Shown here one piece after another: positions 38,501 to 39,799 of a stretch of DNA of 64,000 nt (positions within the stretch are counted from its first letter, which is position 1; each line of letters starts with the position of its first letter). Under the pieces are notes generated by a model, which had not been told where the DNA came from, searched no databases, and saw only the letters and a program-made list of their open reading frames with translations. The stretch spans positions 9,420 through 73,419 of the forward strand of contig JACMNI010000047.1 in NCBI GenBank assembly GCA_014378615.1, written 5' to 3'. The position numbers were made by a program, and so were the translations under genes. The stretch comes from Candidatus Saccharimonadota bacterium (GTDB lineage Bacteria; Patescibacteriota; Saccharimonadia; Saccharimonadales; UBA4665).

Positions 38501-39193
38501 ACCGGCTTCGATCAGATAGGACTCTTCAAGGTTCAGAACGCCGCCGGTAACAATATGTTTAGCATCGATTCTAGTAACTCCCGCGTCATCGTCGGTACCG
38601 GCGCAACTGGCGGTACAGCGCCAACCACATTGGTACTCGATAACAAGACTTCAGTTGGTGACCCAACTGGTGTCAGCGGCGCCATGTACTTCAACAGCGC
38701 CACCGGCTCATTCCGTTGTTACCAAAATGCTGCTTGGCAGAGTTGTGGTCCGCAAACAGCCAAGGCAACTGCCGATACGCCGAACAGCACCACGACCGCT
38801 ACCAACATATCAGGCCTAAGTTTCACTCTGGCAGCTAACACCGACTACTCATTCAAGTGTACGCTTATCTACCAGGCCGCTGCGACTACAACCGGTATCC
38901 GATTTGGTTTAACCGGTCCAACCGCTCCGACTGCTGTAGCAGCTACGGCTTCCATCTGGAACACTACTGCTGCAACGGCTGCGCCAACATCTGTAGCTTA
39001 CAATGCCTATACAACGACCCTAACTCTTGGAACGACTAGCGTAGCCGCAGCGGCCGCCAATTATCCGGTAACAATGGACGGTGTAATCCGTAACGGTACA
39101 ACTGGAGGCGCGTTCGCATTGCAGTTTGCATCATCTGTTGCAGCCGCCTCAACCGTAAAGGCCGGCAGCTCTTGCCAGTTAACCCAGCTATAA
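11519..39193 (+). CDS. Giant (9,224 aa) secreted or N-terminally anchored beta-strand-repeat fibre protein, putative adhesin; no characterised family recognised
   Basis: Single ORF of 27,675 nt with no in-frame stop. It has an N-terminal signal-like segment and a T/G/S/A/N-rich, charge-poor repetitive core with conserved junction modules. The C-terminal region is distinct and non-repetitive. Coding status is high confidence; function is unknown. Confidence 0.9.
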   Translation: MLKNRLHLPLFMNTLWSKTSRVFFAVVGSVVLTPVIFNTRVFTRVRAELRTTVRRSLIAGLGLLVIASMFAASAKPLTAVAATSDNLNFQARLEQSNGAIAPDGNYNIQFKLYNVSSGGTALWTESYLNSVGQGVRVVNGYVTVNLGSITAFPSTMSWDQSLFVTMNIGGTSTGAPTYDGEMNPRLKLTAVPYAFQAKSAAQLQVQTGPNVGTLAFGPLTATRNIALPDENGTVCIQLSTSCGFASATGSNNYIQNNTTLQSSANFNFQSSSTTAISGAIRALTGQTADLLRLSDSSGATLSGFNASGQLYYQSGSFTGTLVQNVLAQNTVYHLDDPGIASVNICLSTGNCAGAGSGVTSATGGTVNYLAKFDAVRNIVSSSLFDDGSFVGINTISNAGQLSVVSTNASQSGIYVKGATSATSAAFVVQGGATPAAGGDLINLKDVSGAILSGFDASGNLFFNKGGFKGTVTQQSLAQNTTYRLVDPAQASVDICLSTGNCAGAGSSVTSLGGTVNYLAKFDAARDIANSNIYDNGSFVGVNTITNNGLLSLVGATAAQSTLFAQGAGSATSPVAVIRSGTLPGASADLLVLQDSSGVTLAKVDNNGNLSAVSGLFSGNITQSGTGTFNTGTGAVSLNGNTLVGGTLTVGTAATALGGTLSVTGPATFNGGLTAVGSTLINTTGTAATAIGNATGTFTLTSSGLNVAATGALSGVSGYTQTGGNFTITGPGTFSTGTGAVTLNGPTIATGTLAVQGVNGLTLGIASNTAGVLNFANIANSNLTVLTATAPTGTGNANVSLPTLVGGTSATICVSTGNCAGAGNSVTSNAGGTTNYIAKFVNTRDIGNASIFDDGTFVGINTTSNNGLLSLVGTGSSQSTLFAQGASSALSPVAVIRSGATPGPGGDLLQLQNSTSTTVAKIDSSGNLTAVGGLFSGNISQTGATTFSTGSGAVSFNGATSVTGSNAFTVGSGSTTLGGTLSAGGATSLGNTLTVTGASTFNNNVSVTGSGTLSVANGATTLGGSLAVSGVTALNSTLAVSGATTLTGLLTANGGIVDTGNFSQTGAGTFSTGSGAVTLNGDTAINGTKTFTVGTGATSLGGTLGVTGTSSFTGAATFNGGITDNGNFTQAGAGTFSTGSGAVSLNGNTAITGTSTLTVGTGATILGGTLGVTGLTTLSGGTTISGTTSITGATTINTTGSANTSIGNATGSFSLASSALNVTSGGALSGITTISMTGAIAAATSGNTINGLIINNGALSGITGYAQASGNFAISGAGSFGTGTGAVSLNGATSVTGSNALIVGTGATTLGGTLGVAGLTTLNGGVTVIGATNINTTGTAATNIGNTGAAFTLASSGLNVTSAGAVSGVTGYDQTSGNFAQAGTGSFSTGSGIVSLNGNTTITGTKTLTVGSGATLLGGSLTVNGASTLNGGATISNGATISGGLTATGATAINTTGTANTAIGNTTGSFSLQSSALNVSASGAISGVTGYDQTSGNFAQAGGGTFSTASGAVSLNGNTSIIGTSTLTVSTGATALGGTLAVSGLTTLSGGATVTGATSITGATAINTTGTANTAIGNTTGSFSLQSSALNVSGTGAISGVTTLNLSGAIAGATSGNTINGLVINSGALSSVTGYSQTSGNFSQTGTGTFGTGTGSVNLNGVTSVTGSNAFNVGTGATTLSGTLAVTGSTTLTGLLTTNGGITDTGNFLQSGAGTFSTGTGAVSLNGATTISTTLAVQGAGGITVGTPSGTNGKISFANNLNSNLGIIQIGTPSGTGNATYTVPTIAGGSSDTFCLLTNNNCNFETTNGTDFVRNQTTQQTSGNFNIQARPATVAAVIQGASGQDIINLVNSAGATVAKIDANGNVTAVNAVFSGTVTQTGNGTFSTGTGAISLNGSTSVTGTNTLTVGTGATTLGGTLAVTGAATFNGGVSVSGTNTLTVGTGATTLGGTLAVTGLSTFTGAATFNGDITGTANISQTGNGSFSTATGAVNLNGATSVSGSNTFTVGTGATALGGSLGVTGLTTLNGGATVLGATNINTSGTANTSIGNSTGNFSLQSAGLNVSSAGALTGITTVNMSGAITAATTGNTINGLIINGGSLSGVTGYNQSSGNFTQSGTGSFNTATGAVSLNGPTTVTGTNAFTVGTGATTLGGSLGVTGATTFTGALTANGTSTFNANVGITGASTLTVGTGATVLGGTLGVTGLSTFTGAATFNGGITDTGNFTQTGTGTFSTGTGAVSLNGVTTANASFNVSGTNTLTVGTGATSLGGTLAVTGTSTLTGLLTANGGITDTGNFSQTGTGTFSTGTGAVSLNGATAVTGTNTLTVGTGATTLGGNLTVSGAAAFNGNVTINGTNNLTVTSGATSLGGTLAVTGATTLSGGLAVTGASSFSGNVSLSGLSTFTTGTGTVTLGSLGDGIVQSNAAGVLSSGTVDRNGAYLTGTTSVTNGGTGTATFTSGGILYGNGTSPIQSTISAANSILITGSGSIPTLSQTLPVAVQGNITNTGALNAGSIVSGFGSITTANNISTSAIVQGGTVTATGALNGNSLSINSGAFAVNAAGAIIAATGITTSGNITQSGTGSFSTGTGAVSLNGATSVSGSNTFSVGSGATTLGGSLGVTGGTTLGSTLGVTGAATFASAASVQGAAGLTIGSTTNNGLLTLLDGTTDGFTASIALGGVLSANQSYVLPTVGGTFCLNTNNCNYQTAGSYELTTGTDFVRNQTTLQTVANFNISGTGIASVFQAASFDTNTAATLSLGGTNATAINVAKSGVTTTIAGALSVAQASTFNGNVSVSGSNTLTVATGATSLGGSLGVTGATSLSNSLTVAGATTIGGNTSITGASTLTVGTGATSLGGSLSTAGTSTFTGASTFNGGITDAGNFSQTGTGTFSTGTGAVSLNGNTSISGTNTLTVGTGTTTLGGSLGVAGLTTLSGGATITGATSIIGATTINTTGTASTTIGNAAAAFSVASNGLNITSAGALSGVTGYAQSSGNFLQSGAGSFDTATGAVSLNGATSVTGSNAFTVGTGATNLGGALTATGLATLNGGLTVTGTTAINNGGTASTSIGNSTGTFSVQSSALNISTSGALSGISGYTQTSGNFSQAGVGTFSTASGNVALNGATTISGTNNFTVNSGAASLGGTLAVAGASTLSGNVSVTGASTLSVGTGATSLGGTLSVAGATTINGNTSITGASTLTVGTGATTLGGTLAVTGAATLSSTLAVAGGSTFTGASTFNGGITDTGNFAQTGTGSFSTGTGTVTLNGNTTISGTNTLTVGSGATTLGGSLGVTGLTTLNGGVTVTGATSITGATSINTTGTANTAIGNGTGSFSVLSSGLNVTAAGALSGVTGYSQTSGNFLQSGTGTFGTGTGVVSLNGATSVTGANAFSVGTGATSLGGTLGVTGTSGFTGAATFNGGITDTGNFTQTGTGSFSTGTGAVSLNGATNITGANAFTVGTGATTLGGVLSVSGTSTLNGNTSVTGINTFTVGTGATALGGTLVVTGATTLNSTLGVAGVTTLSGNTSITGTSTLTVGTGATTLGGTLAVSGAAALSGTLAVTGATTLSSTLSVGGTSTFTGAATFNGGITDTGNFAQTGTGSFSTGTGAVSLNGNTSITGANTLTVGTGAVTLGGTLGVTGLTTLSGGATVTGATSITGAATINTTGTASTAIGNGTGSFSVASNALNITSSGAISGATTIGLSGAISGATSGNTINGLVINAGALSGVTGYSQTSGNFAQTGTGTFATGTGAVSLNGNTSVLGANTFTVGTGATNLGGVLGVTGATSLGSTLGVTGVATFASSASVQGAAGLTLGSTTNNGLLKLLDGTADGFNASISLGGVLGSNQAYSLPTTGGTFCLSTNNCNYQAPGDYELTTGTDFVRNQTTLQTTANFNISGTGIASVFQAGSFDTNTVAVLSLGATNATALTVAKSGVTTTVAGALTVTQASTFNGNVSIAGANTLTVGTGATTLGGTLGVTGAASIGSTLAVTGATTLSSTLAVTGAATLSSTLGVTGLATLNGGATVNGTTSITGATNVNTSGTAATAIGNATGNFSVASNALNITSTGAISGVTTLGLSGAISGATSGNTINGLVINSGSLSGITGYAQSSGNFAQAGTGTFSTGTGGVSLNGATSVTGSNAFNVGTGASTLGGTLTVAGLGTFNSGLTVATGNTFTNASSTLLSAIAIGNHLSGGPIGTAATTVDVATTFDITQIVPGQNLSLPTPTNAVSGRIAFVNSAATNVTFTMHGTTVNPGTSVNFIWNGSAWINPSASSSGVTSVGAVDSQTKSANGAVINGTNIYLQTADASSIGLVSTSAQTLAGAKTFNNLLTASAGVTASGGAISLTGNAASSFSTTAGALSLTSAAAATWSTASGNLTLQAGSGTVSLGTSNNLTAGGALSITSGGATTLSIDAGGAASLNLGGTNATAVNIARTGVATAVNGSLTVAQAATFNGSVSVTGTNNFSVGTGTTTLSGVLNVSGAATLSSTLAVQGAGGLTLGVASTTDGQLKFANSTNANQSVVNAFAPSGTGDATYTLPTLPGGTSAYICLNTGNCAGAGGAITGSGTNNYVARFNSNSTINASGLLYDDNTFVGVNTTSYSATLAVLGAAAAKPAFLAQATASATTPVAVIKGGATPGAGGDLLQLQNSAGTILAKFDATGNLSAVNGTFSGNFAQTGSGSFSTGTGAVSLNGATTANANFSVSGTNTLTVGTGATTLGGTLAVTGSSSFTGASTFTGAATFNGGITDTGTFSQTGTGSFSTGTGAVSFNGATTANANFSVSGTNTLTVGTGATTLGGTLAVTGLTTLTGLLTTNGGITDTGNFSQTGTGTFGTGTGAVSLNGATTANANFSVSGTNTLTVGTGATTLGGTLAVSAAATLNGTLTVTGQATFNSDIAAAANFAQTGTGTFSTGTGAVSLNGATTISTTLNVQGAGGVTIGVAGTTAGVLKFANATNANQTLLQALAPTGTGTATLNIPSVAGGSTDEICLKFSGNCVGSGGGVTSTGGNQNYVTKFTNAGGTQIGNASIYDDGSFVGINTLSNNGAFSVQGISATQTTLFAQATASATTPVAVIKGGATPGVGGDLLQLQNSAGSVLARVDASGNLSAVNGNFTGAFSQTGTGTFGTGTGAVSLNGNTSITGTNTLTVGSGASILGGTLGVTGLTTLSGGATIAGATSITGATTINTTGTASTTIGNSGAAFSVASNGLNITSAGALSGVSGYSQTSGNFTQTGTGTFSTGTGAVSLNGNTSISGSNTLTIGTGATALGGTLSVTGATSLASTLGVSGIATFANSANVQGAAGLALGSTTNNGLLKFLDGTADGFSASIALSAPLTSNQSYVLPSTGGTFCLNSNNCNYQAAGSYELTTGTDFIRNQTTLQTVANFNIQSASASSTTANILGAAGQTVDIFTVGTNGTPSIFRVTNTGRAVDTLGISLGAFATNATGTVLGAQATSSTSVAADIRQFSSGQTSNLLNFSDNSGTPLTSFNASGNLVYRQNGTISAGQIGSNSTGYNLGISAGQGGATNNNGGTLSLDGGAASGTGTRGAVAIQASGGATTIGGALGVSGAISGATTGNTINGLIVNGGAISGITGYSQASGNFSQTGAGSFDTGTGTVSLNGATVVTGTNTLTVGTGATTLGGTLTVGTGTVTLGSLGTGLVQSSATGVLSSGAVDRNSTNFFNTALTVANGGTGATTLTAKGVLYGNGTGAVLATSSVAGAVLITDPTTSIPSLSQTLPTAVQANITSTGVLTAGSIASGFGTISTTNNITTTAAVQGGTLSIGSGAFAVNVTGAITAATGITTSGNFLQTGAGTFGTGTGAVSLNGATNISSTLAVQGAGGITVGVAGTTAGVITFANATNTNKTLVNALAPTGSGDATVNIPSVAAGVTDQFCLKITGNCGGGGTGVTVTGGVQNYLAKFNSATGTQIGSASLYDDGNFVGLGTTSNNGLLSIVSASATQAAIFAQGAASATTPVAVIKGGATPGAGADLLQLQTSAGTIVAKISASGNLSVLDGNFSGNVAQTGSGSFSTGTGAVSLNGNTSITGTNTLTVGTGATALGGSLGVTGLTSLNGGATIAGATSITGATTINTTGTANTAIGNATGSFSVTSNALNISSVGAISGVSGYSQTSGNFAQTGTGTFSTGTGAVSLNGNTSITGANTLTVGTGATTLGGSLGVTGAATFSSTLNVGTSATTLGGTLTVAGATTFNGAVSISGTNALTVGTGTVTLGSLGTGLVQSSATGVLSSGSVDRNNASFFNTALSVANGGTGINTLAANGVLYGNGSGAIQATAAAANSILATNGTSVPGLTQTLPTAVQGNITSTGILAAGSIASGFGTIVTANNITTTAAVQGGTVTATGVLSGNSLSINAGAFAVSSTGAITAATGITTSGNFSQTGTGSFGTGTGAVSLNGATIVTTGNNFNVTNGTSNFGGAVNVQSAAGLTLGVASTTTGKLTFANSTTANLATLQIAAPTGTGTAAYTLPSIAGGTSDEICVKLAGNCAGSVSATGGQANYVARFTNASTLGIGQLFDNGSFVGVNTNTNSGQLSILSSGTTQAAIFAQGATSATTPVAVIKGGATPGIGGDLLQLQTSAGSVVAKIDASGNFSGAGGNFSGAVSISGTSTLTVSTGAVTLGSLGAGLVQSSSAGVLSSGAVDRNSASFFNTALTVTNGGTGAGTFTTNGLVFGNGTGALQVTAAAANSILATNGTNVPGLTQTLPTAVQGNITSTGALAAGSIATGFGVISTANNITTTAALQGATVTATGVLSGNSFSINAGAFAVSSTGAITAATGITTTGNFSQTGAGTHSTGTGAVSLNGATSITGTNTLTVGSGATALGGTLSVAGATTFNGAVSVSGTNNFTTGIGSVTLGSLAAGVVQSNASGLLSSSAIDRNSATLLTNTLSIANGGTGATTFATNGILYGNGATNIQATASAANSILATNGTSVPALTQTLPANVQGNITTTGALSAGSIASGFGVISTANNITTTATIQGGTVNATGVLSGNSLSINAGAFAVSSTGAITAATGITTSGNLSQTGTGSFNTGTGAVSLNGTTTVTTGNNFNVTNGTSNFGGAVNVQSAAGLTLGTASTTTGKLTFANAGSASLAVIQVGAITGATGTGTYNVPGIASGATDEFCLRYSSNCGGVTATGGTQNYVAKFTNSSTLGIGQLFDNGSFVGVNTTTNSGQLSILSSGAAQAAIFAQGAASATSPVAVIKGGASPGIGGDLLQLQNSAGTVVAKVDASGNLSAVNVNVSGAFAQTGTGSFSTGTGAVSINGATTIAAATTINGTNPLTVGTGTVTLGSLGVGLVKSDIIGVLSSGTVDRNSASYFNTTLSVANGGTGATTLASNGILFGNGTGALQATTSLAGAVLVTDATTSIPSLSQTLPVAVQGNITKTGALAAGSIATGFGVINTASSITTSVALQGATVNATGVLSGNSLSINAGAFAVSSAGAITAATGITTSGNLSQTGTGSFSTGTGAVSLNGATTVSSTLAVQGAAGLTLGVAGTTAGTLNFANTSNTNVGSLQIAAPSGTGTGSYSIPSIAGGTSDFICVKLINNCASVTASGGTANYVARFTGANALGIGTLYDNGSFAGVNTATNSGTLSILSSGATSAAVFAQGAASATTPVAIIKGGATPGAGGDLVQFQTSAGASVAKIDASGNILGASFDTVGAGVLNIGTTNATSIALKQNTTVTGTLSVSNGLSVTAGASSFAGAVSLTNGNNLTVGTGATSLGGTLAVTGTGTYTGLQTFNGGVTVANNSAFAQTGTGTFSTGTGAISLNGATTIGSTLNVSGGTVTVGSTGQFTIGTNGNVATSGSVLGASFDVNAAGALSLGTTNANSIALMKNTSVTGTLAFSVLGAAGSTQVCQNASNQLSSCSVTYEATTGTDFVRNQTAQQTGANFNIQARASSVAATIQGATGQDIANFVSSGGATVAKIDASGNLTAVQGTFSGAVNANGGVFLGANQNLSLATGTGIITQGYSNTTGSANTTTVANTGTTGANSVNAINLSLSGSANGTGSNTTTGINLGNVAALSGNAFTAFKVGTGYADILSYNGTSIINGSGQLNLSQVTNTLGVANGGTGTTSLTTNGILFGNGTSAIQATAAAADSILATSATNVPGLTQTLPTAVQGNIVKTGALALGSIVSGFGTINTGNTITTSTTLTGGVVNATTGFTIGGAAATGQFLRGNGTNFVSSTIAGTDIAGTLFTVAGSAGTAQNVAGGGTVSILKGTSNNLTTTASATNTLTVDIISNPSFSGAVTSTASTTGLVASGAPVAGSGITSLLQLGGAIAAGNVSANGGTYFGINQPATGAGSAADFINFQNNNVVKLQVSSAGLVNAAGGFAVGANTGVSATCSTGFGMTGSTFTGGILTTGTCSQTVATLQSAYTASGSTNPQILLSSANGGIKIQDGTTPVTGNLLQISNNGGTTNYFGVSSSAVTVIGSLNVTGGYTQSGTASNTFLGATTFSAAGTGASVTNGFAVGTSNQFTVGGTGNVATSGTFAQTYSTGATGTTNVNSVSATSTNTSATSATVNARSISLTGTTNTSGGTPNILNAVNLTNVAPLTGNQFNGIVIGSGYDNPITIAGNSVFSATGIIQNGAFATGTTYSNITKIGTVTAGVWNASTVTAAYGGTGSSAIPTNGQLLIGNGTGYTAASLTTGAASGLTQTAGAGSLGLAVNFGSGANQVAAGNASITCASGTGNLTGGGTVISVGAGGTCGAISTVANPSFNSLTIANTTNTNTALLVQNASGFNSMTFDTVSGTLKVWDTSVAGTPTNYASVSYANNTAVFAASSGVTQVGATSGNVTVPLTNAGDNFLYTKTNTVSAAYSTSEFTIQRVVTGGANALTGQVLKVENRSTGTNDSAAVLYVNQNNTSATGNVVQVQSGATTNLLTLDTAGNLNVKNGYQVNGVAGTNLTCTAGAGLTNAVIAGGIVTSGTCSGGTGTLQTSYANDTNTNAQILTTSASKGILFKAGTGFDQIGLFKVQNAAGNNMFSIDSSNSRVIVGTGATGGTAPTTLVLDNKTSVGDPTGVSGAMYFNSATGSFRCYQNAAWQSCGPQTAKATADTPNSTTTATNISGLSFTLAANTDYSFKCTLIYQAAATTTGIRFGLTGPTAPTAVAATASIWNTTAATAAPTSVAYNAYTTTLTLGTTSVAAAAANYPVTMDGVIRNGTTGGAFALQFASSVAAASTVKAGSSCQLTQL
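11678..11740 (+). other. Sec-type signal-peptide-like segment of the giant protein
   Basis: RRSLIAGLGLLVIASMFAASA followed by KP: basic n-region, hydrophobic core, A-x-A site. It is preceded by a second hydrophobic stretch, VFFAVVGSVVLTPVIF (aa 22-37). Confidence 0.5.
11768..12120 (+). other. N-terminal non-repetitive beta-rich domain of the giant protein
   Basis: SDNLNFQARLEQSNGAIAPDGNYNIQFKLYNVSSGGTALWTESY...MNPRLKLTAVPYAFQAKSA. This is an NFQ-G/A-RL ... PYA pattern that I recall from the N-termini of other large bacterial surface proteins. That is recollection, not a search result. Confidence 0.5.
12551..12898 (+). repeat. Junction module type A, copy 1 (C-x5-C knot ... NY-AKF ... DDGSFVGINT ... 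GDL-L-S-G ... ASGNL)
   Basis: ICLSTGNCAGAG, with Cys codons at 12551 and 12569; ends at DASGNL. Confidence 0.85.
13001..13347 (+). repeat. Junction module type A, copy 2
   Basis: ICLSTGNCAGAG, with Cys codons at 13001 and 13019; same motif order as copy 1. Confidence 0.85.
13952..14302 (+). repeat. Junction module type A, copy 3
   Basis: ICVSTGNCAGAG, with Cys codons at 13952 and 13970; ...GGDLLQLQNSTSTTVAKIDSSGNL. Confidence 0.85.
15857..15956 (+). repeat. Perfect 100-nt intragenic direct repeat, copy 1
   Basis: ACCGGCGCCACCGCCATCAACACTACCGGC...CCCTTAATGTCAGCG is identical base for base to 16196-16295 (offset 339 nt = 113 codons). Confidence 0.95.
16196..16295 (+). repeat. Perfect 100-nt intragenic direct repeat, copy 2
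   Basis: Identical to 15857-15956. A further 51-nt identical pair lies at about 15613-15663 and 15970-16021. Confidence 0.95.
16895..17117 (+). repeat. Junction module type B, copy 1 (FCL-TNNC ... GTDFVRNQTT-QT-NFNI)
   Basis: FCLLTNNNCNFETTNGTDFVRNQTTQQTSGNFNIQARPATVAAVIQGASGQDIINLVNSAGATVAKIDANGN. Confidence 0.85.
18745..19255 (+). repeat. Junction module type C, copy 1 (TLGSLG-G-VQS--GVLSSG-VDRN ... NGGTG ... QTLP-AVQGNIT ... GAFAV)
   Basis: VDRN codons at 18815-18826. About 170 aa, with the same motif order as copies 2-6. Confidence 0.85.
19604..19723 (+). repeat. Junction module type B, copy 2
   Basis: FCLNTNNCNYQTAGSYELTTGTDFVRNQTTLQTVANFNIS. Confidence 0.9.
23090..23209 (+). repeat. 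Junction module type B, copy 3
   Basis: FCLSTNNCNYQAPGDYELTTGTDFVRNQTTLQTTANFNIS. Confidence 0.9.
25172..25519 (+). repeat. Junction module type A, copy 4
   Basis: ICLNTGNCAGAG, with Cys codons at 25172 and 25190. Confidence 0.85.
25586..25698 (+). repeat. 113-nt intragenic direct repeat, copy 1 (perfect match to copy 3)
   Basis: GGCGCAGTTTCACTAAACGGCGCCACTACTGCC...GGTGGCACACTAGCTGT is identical to 26036-26148 (offset 450 nt). Confidence 0.95.
25820..25932 (+). repeat. 113-nt intragenic direct repeat, diverged middle copy
   Basis: Same unit with a handful of substitutions (for example GTTAGCTTC for GTTTCACTA). The three copies are spaced 234 and 216 nt apart. Confidence 0.9.
26036..26148 (+). 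repeat. 113-nt intragenic direct repeat, copy 3
   Basis: Identical to 25586-25698. Confidence 0.95.
26492..26848 (+). repeat. Junction module type A, copy 5
   Basis: ICLKFSGNCVGSGG (C-x6-C), with Cys codons at 26492 and 26513. Confidence 0.85.
27575..27694 (+). repeat. Junction module type B, copy 4
   Basis: FCLNSNNCNYQAAGSYELTTGTDFIRNQTTLQTVANFNIQ. Confidence 0.9.
28480..28965 (+). repeat. Junction module type C, copy 2
   Basis: VDRN codons at 28550-28561. Confidence 0.85.
29213..29569 (+). repeat. Junction module type A, copy 6
   Basis: FCLKITGNCGGGG, with Cys codons at 29213 and 29234. Confidence 0.85.
30215..30720 (+). repeat. Junction module type C, copy 3
   Basis: VDRN codons at 30287-30298. 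Confidence 0.85.
31025..31366 (+). repeat. Junction module type A, copy 7
   Basis: ICVKLAGNCAGS, with Cys codons at 31025 and 31046. Confidence 0.85.
31432..31945 (+). repeat. Junction module type C, copy 4
   Basis: VDRN codons at 31508-31519. Confidence 0.85.
32141..32655 (+). repeat. Junction module type C, copy 5
   Basis: IDRN codons at 32216-32227. Confidence 0.85.
32957..33295 (+). repeat. Junction module type A, copy 8
   Basis: FCLRYSSNCGG, with Cys codons at 32957 and 32978. By eye, the DNA is roughly 85-90 percent identical to copy 7 over about 31090-31240. Confidence 0.85.
33444..33960 (+). repeat. Junction module type C, copy 6
   Basis: VDRN codons at 33518-33529. Confidence 0.85.
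34214..34551 (+). repeat. Junction module type A, copy 9
   Basis: ICVKLINNCAS, with Cys codons at 34214 and 34235. Confidence 0.85.
35162..35398 (+). repeat. Junction module type B, copy 5 (variant Cys spacing)
   Basis: VCQNASNQLSSCSVTYEATTGTDFVRNQTAQQTGANFNIQARASSVAATIQGATGQDIANFVSSGGATVAKIDASGN, which parallels copy 1. Confidence 0.85.
35760..36130 (+). repeat. Junction module type C, diverged copy 7
   Basis: LGVANGGTGTTSLTTNGILFGNGTSAIQATAAAADSILATSATNVPGLTQTLPTAVQGNIVKTGALALGSIVSGFG. Confidence 0.75.
36635..36930 (+). other. C-terminal region, Cys-bracketed module copy 1 (C-x20-C then TLQSAY...)
   Basis: TCSTGFGMTGSTFTGGILTTGTCSQTVATLQSAYTASGSTNPQILLSSANGGIKIQDG...LLQISNNGG, with Cys codons at 36635 and 36698. 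Confidence 0.75.
38330..38625 (+). other. C-terminal region, Cys-bracketed module copy 2
   Basis: TCTAGAGLTNAVIAGGIVTSGTCSGGTGTLQTSYANDTNTNAQILTTSASKGILFKAG...LFKVQNAAG, with Cys codons at 38330 and 38393. It is collinear with copy 1. Confidence 0.75.
38760..39190 (+). other. Terminal non-repetitive beta-sandwich-like tip domain of the giant protein
   Basis: ATADTPNSTTTATNISGLSFTLAANTDYSFKCTLIYQ...VTMDGVIRNGTTGGAFALQFASSVAAASTVKAGSSCQLTQL. Cys codons at 38858 and 39173 bracket about 105 aa. It is preceded by the C-x8-C motif FRCYQNAAWQSCG (38717, 38744). Confidence 0.6.
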
Positions 39194-39195
39194 CA

Positions 39196-39792
39196 TTAGT
39201 ATTTGTGTAACGATTGGAATACCTGCCCGAGTTGGGCAGGGTCCATCGTCGTAGGCCCGCTCATAAATATCCAGTTATCGTTAACTATCTGACTAATGAT
39301 TAAATTGTTTTCAGATATTCCAGCCTGACCCTGGCCATACTGATTAGTTAAAGTCTGCTTATTTTTTATGCGCTGTAAAAAACTAGTCAGGTCAAAGTTT
39401 TTGGGTACTACTTGTTCGCTGACAAATACCTGATTATTGTCGGGCGTTTGCACCTTATACGTGAGTACGCCTTCCTGCCAGGCGTAACTGTTCTGATCTA
39501 CAATAACGCCACGGCTTTTATCGGGCAGATAAGCAGGAAAGGTAATCTGTCTTGCGATGGGGGCGGGCAGGGGACTCCTATTGTTGTTTACCAATAATAA
39601 GGCTGCCGCAACGAGCAGTCCTGCCACCACTAAACCGCCTATAACCCAAGTTCGCCACGACTGCTTTTTAGTGGTTCTTAAAACTCGATTTGCTTGCGGA
39701 ATAGGCGGCGTAACTGGTGCTTTTTGGGCCGGCACAGTTCGGTAGTACTGGCTACCACGACTAACATACCCCTCACGTTGCCTCTGATCCAT
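39196..39792 (-). CDS. Single-pass membrane protein with an extracytoplasmic domain of about 125 aa (hypothetical)
   Basis: 198 aa: basic/Pro-rich N-terminus, TM helix WVIGGLVVAGLLVAAALLLV, then a beta-rich domain (ITFPAYLPDKSRGVIVDQNSYAWQEGVLTYKV...). Its stop codon lies 2 nt from the giant-gene stop (tail to tail). Confidence 0.7.
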   Translation of the reverse strand: MDQRQREGYVSRGSQYYRTVPAQKAPVTPPIPQANRVLRTTKKQSWRTWVIGGLVVAGLLVAAALLLVNNNRSPLPAPIARQITFPAYLPDKSRGVIVDQNSYAWQEGVLTYKVQTPDNNQVFVSEQVVPKNFDLTSFLQRIKNKQTLTNQYGQGQAGISENNLIISQIVNDNWIFMSGPTTMDPAQLGQVFQSLHKY

Positions 39793-39799
39793 AGCTTTA

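Noticed and set aside
11995-39039. Dozens of 60-376-aa ORFs on the minus strand and in alternative plus frames inside the giant gene, translating to P/V/A/L-rich or A/P/S/L-rich proteins.
   Set aside because: They are shadow frames produced by the extreme ACC/GGC/GCC/AGC codon periodicity of the giant gene. They have no start context and no independent motifs, and they tile exactly where the repeats are. The 27.7-kb frame explains the region.
38900-39193. C-terminal sorting or secretion signals on the giant protein (LPXTG plus hydrophobic tail, RTX/T1SS C-terminal signal, autotransporter beta-barrel, T9SS CTD).
   Set aside because: The sequence ends ...STVKAGSSCQLTQL with no LPXTG, no hydrophobic or basic tail, no GGxGxD nonapeptides, and no terminal aromatic barrel signature that I can recognise. 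It cannot be excluded without profile searches.
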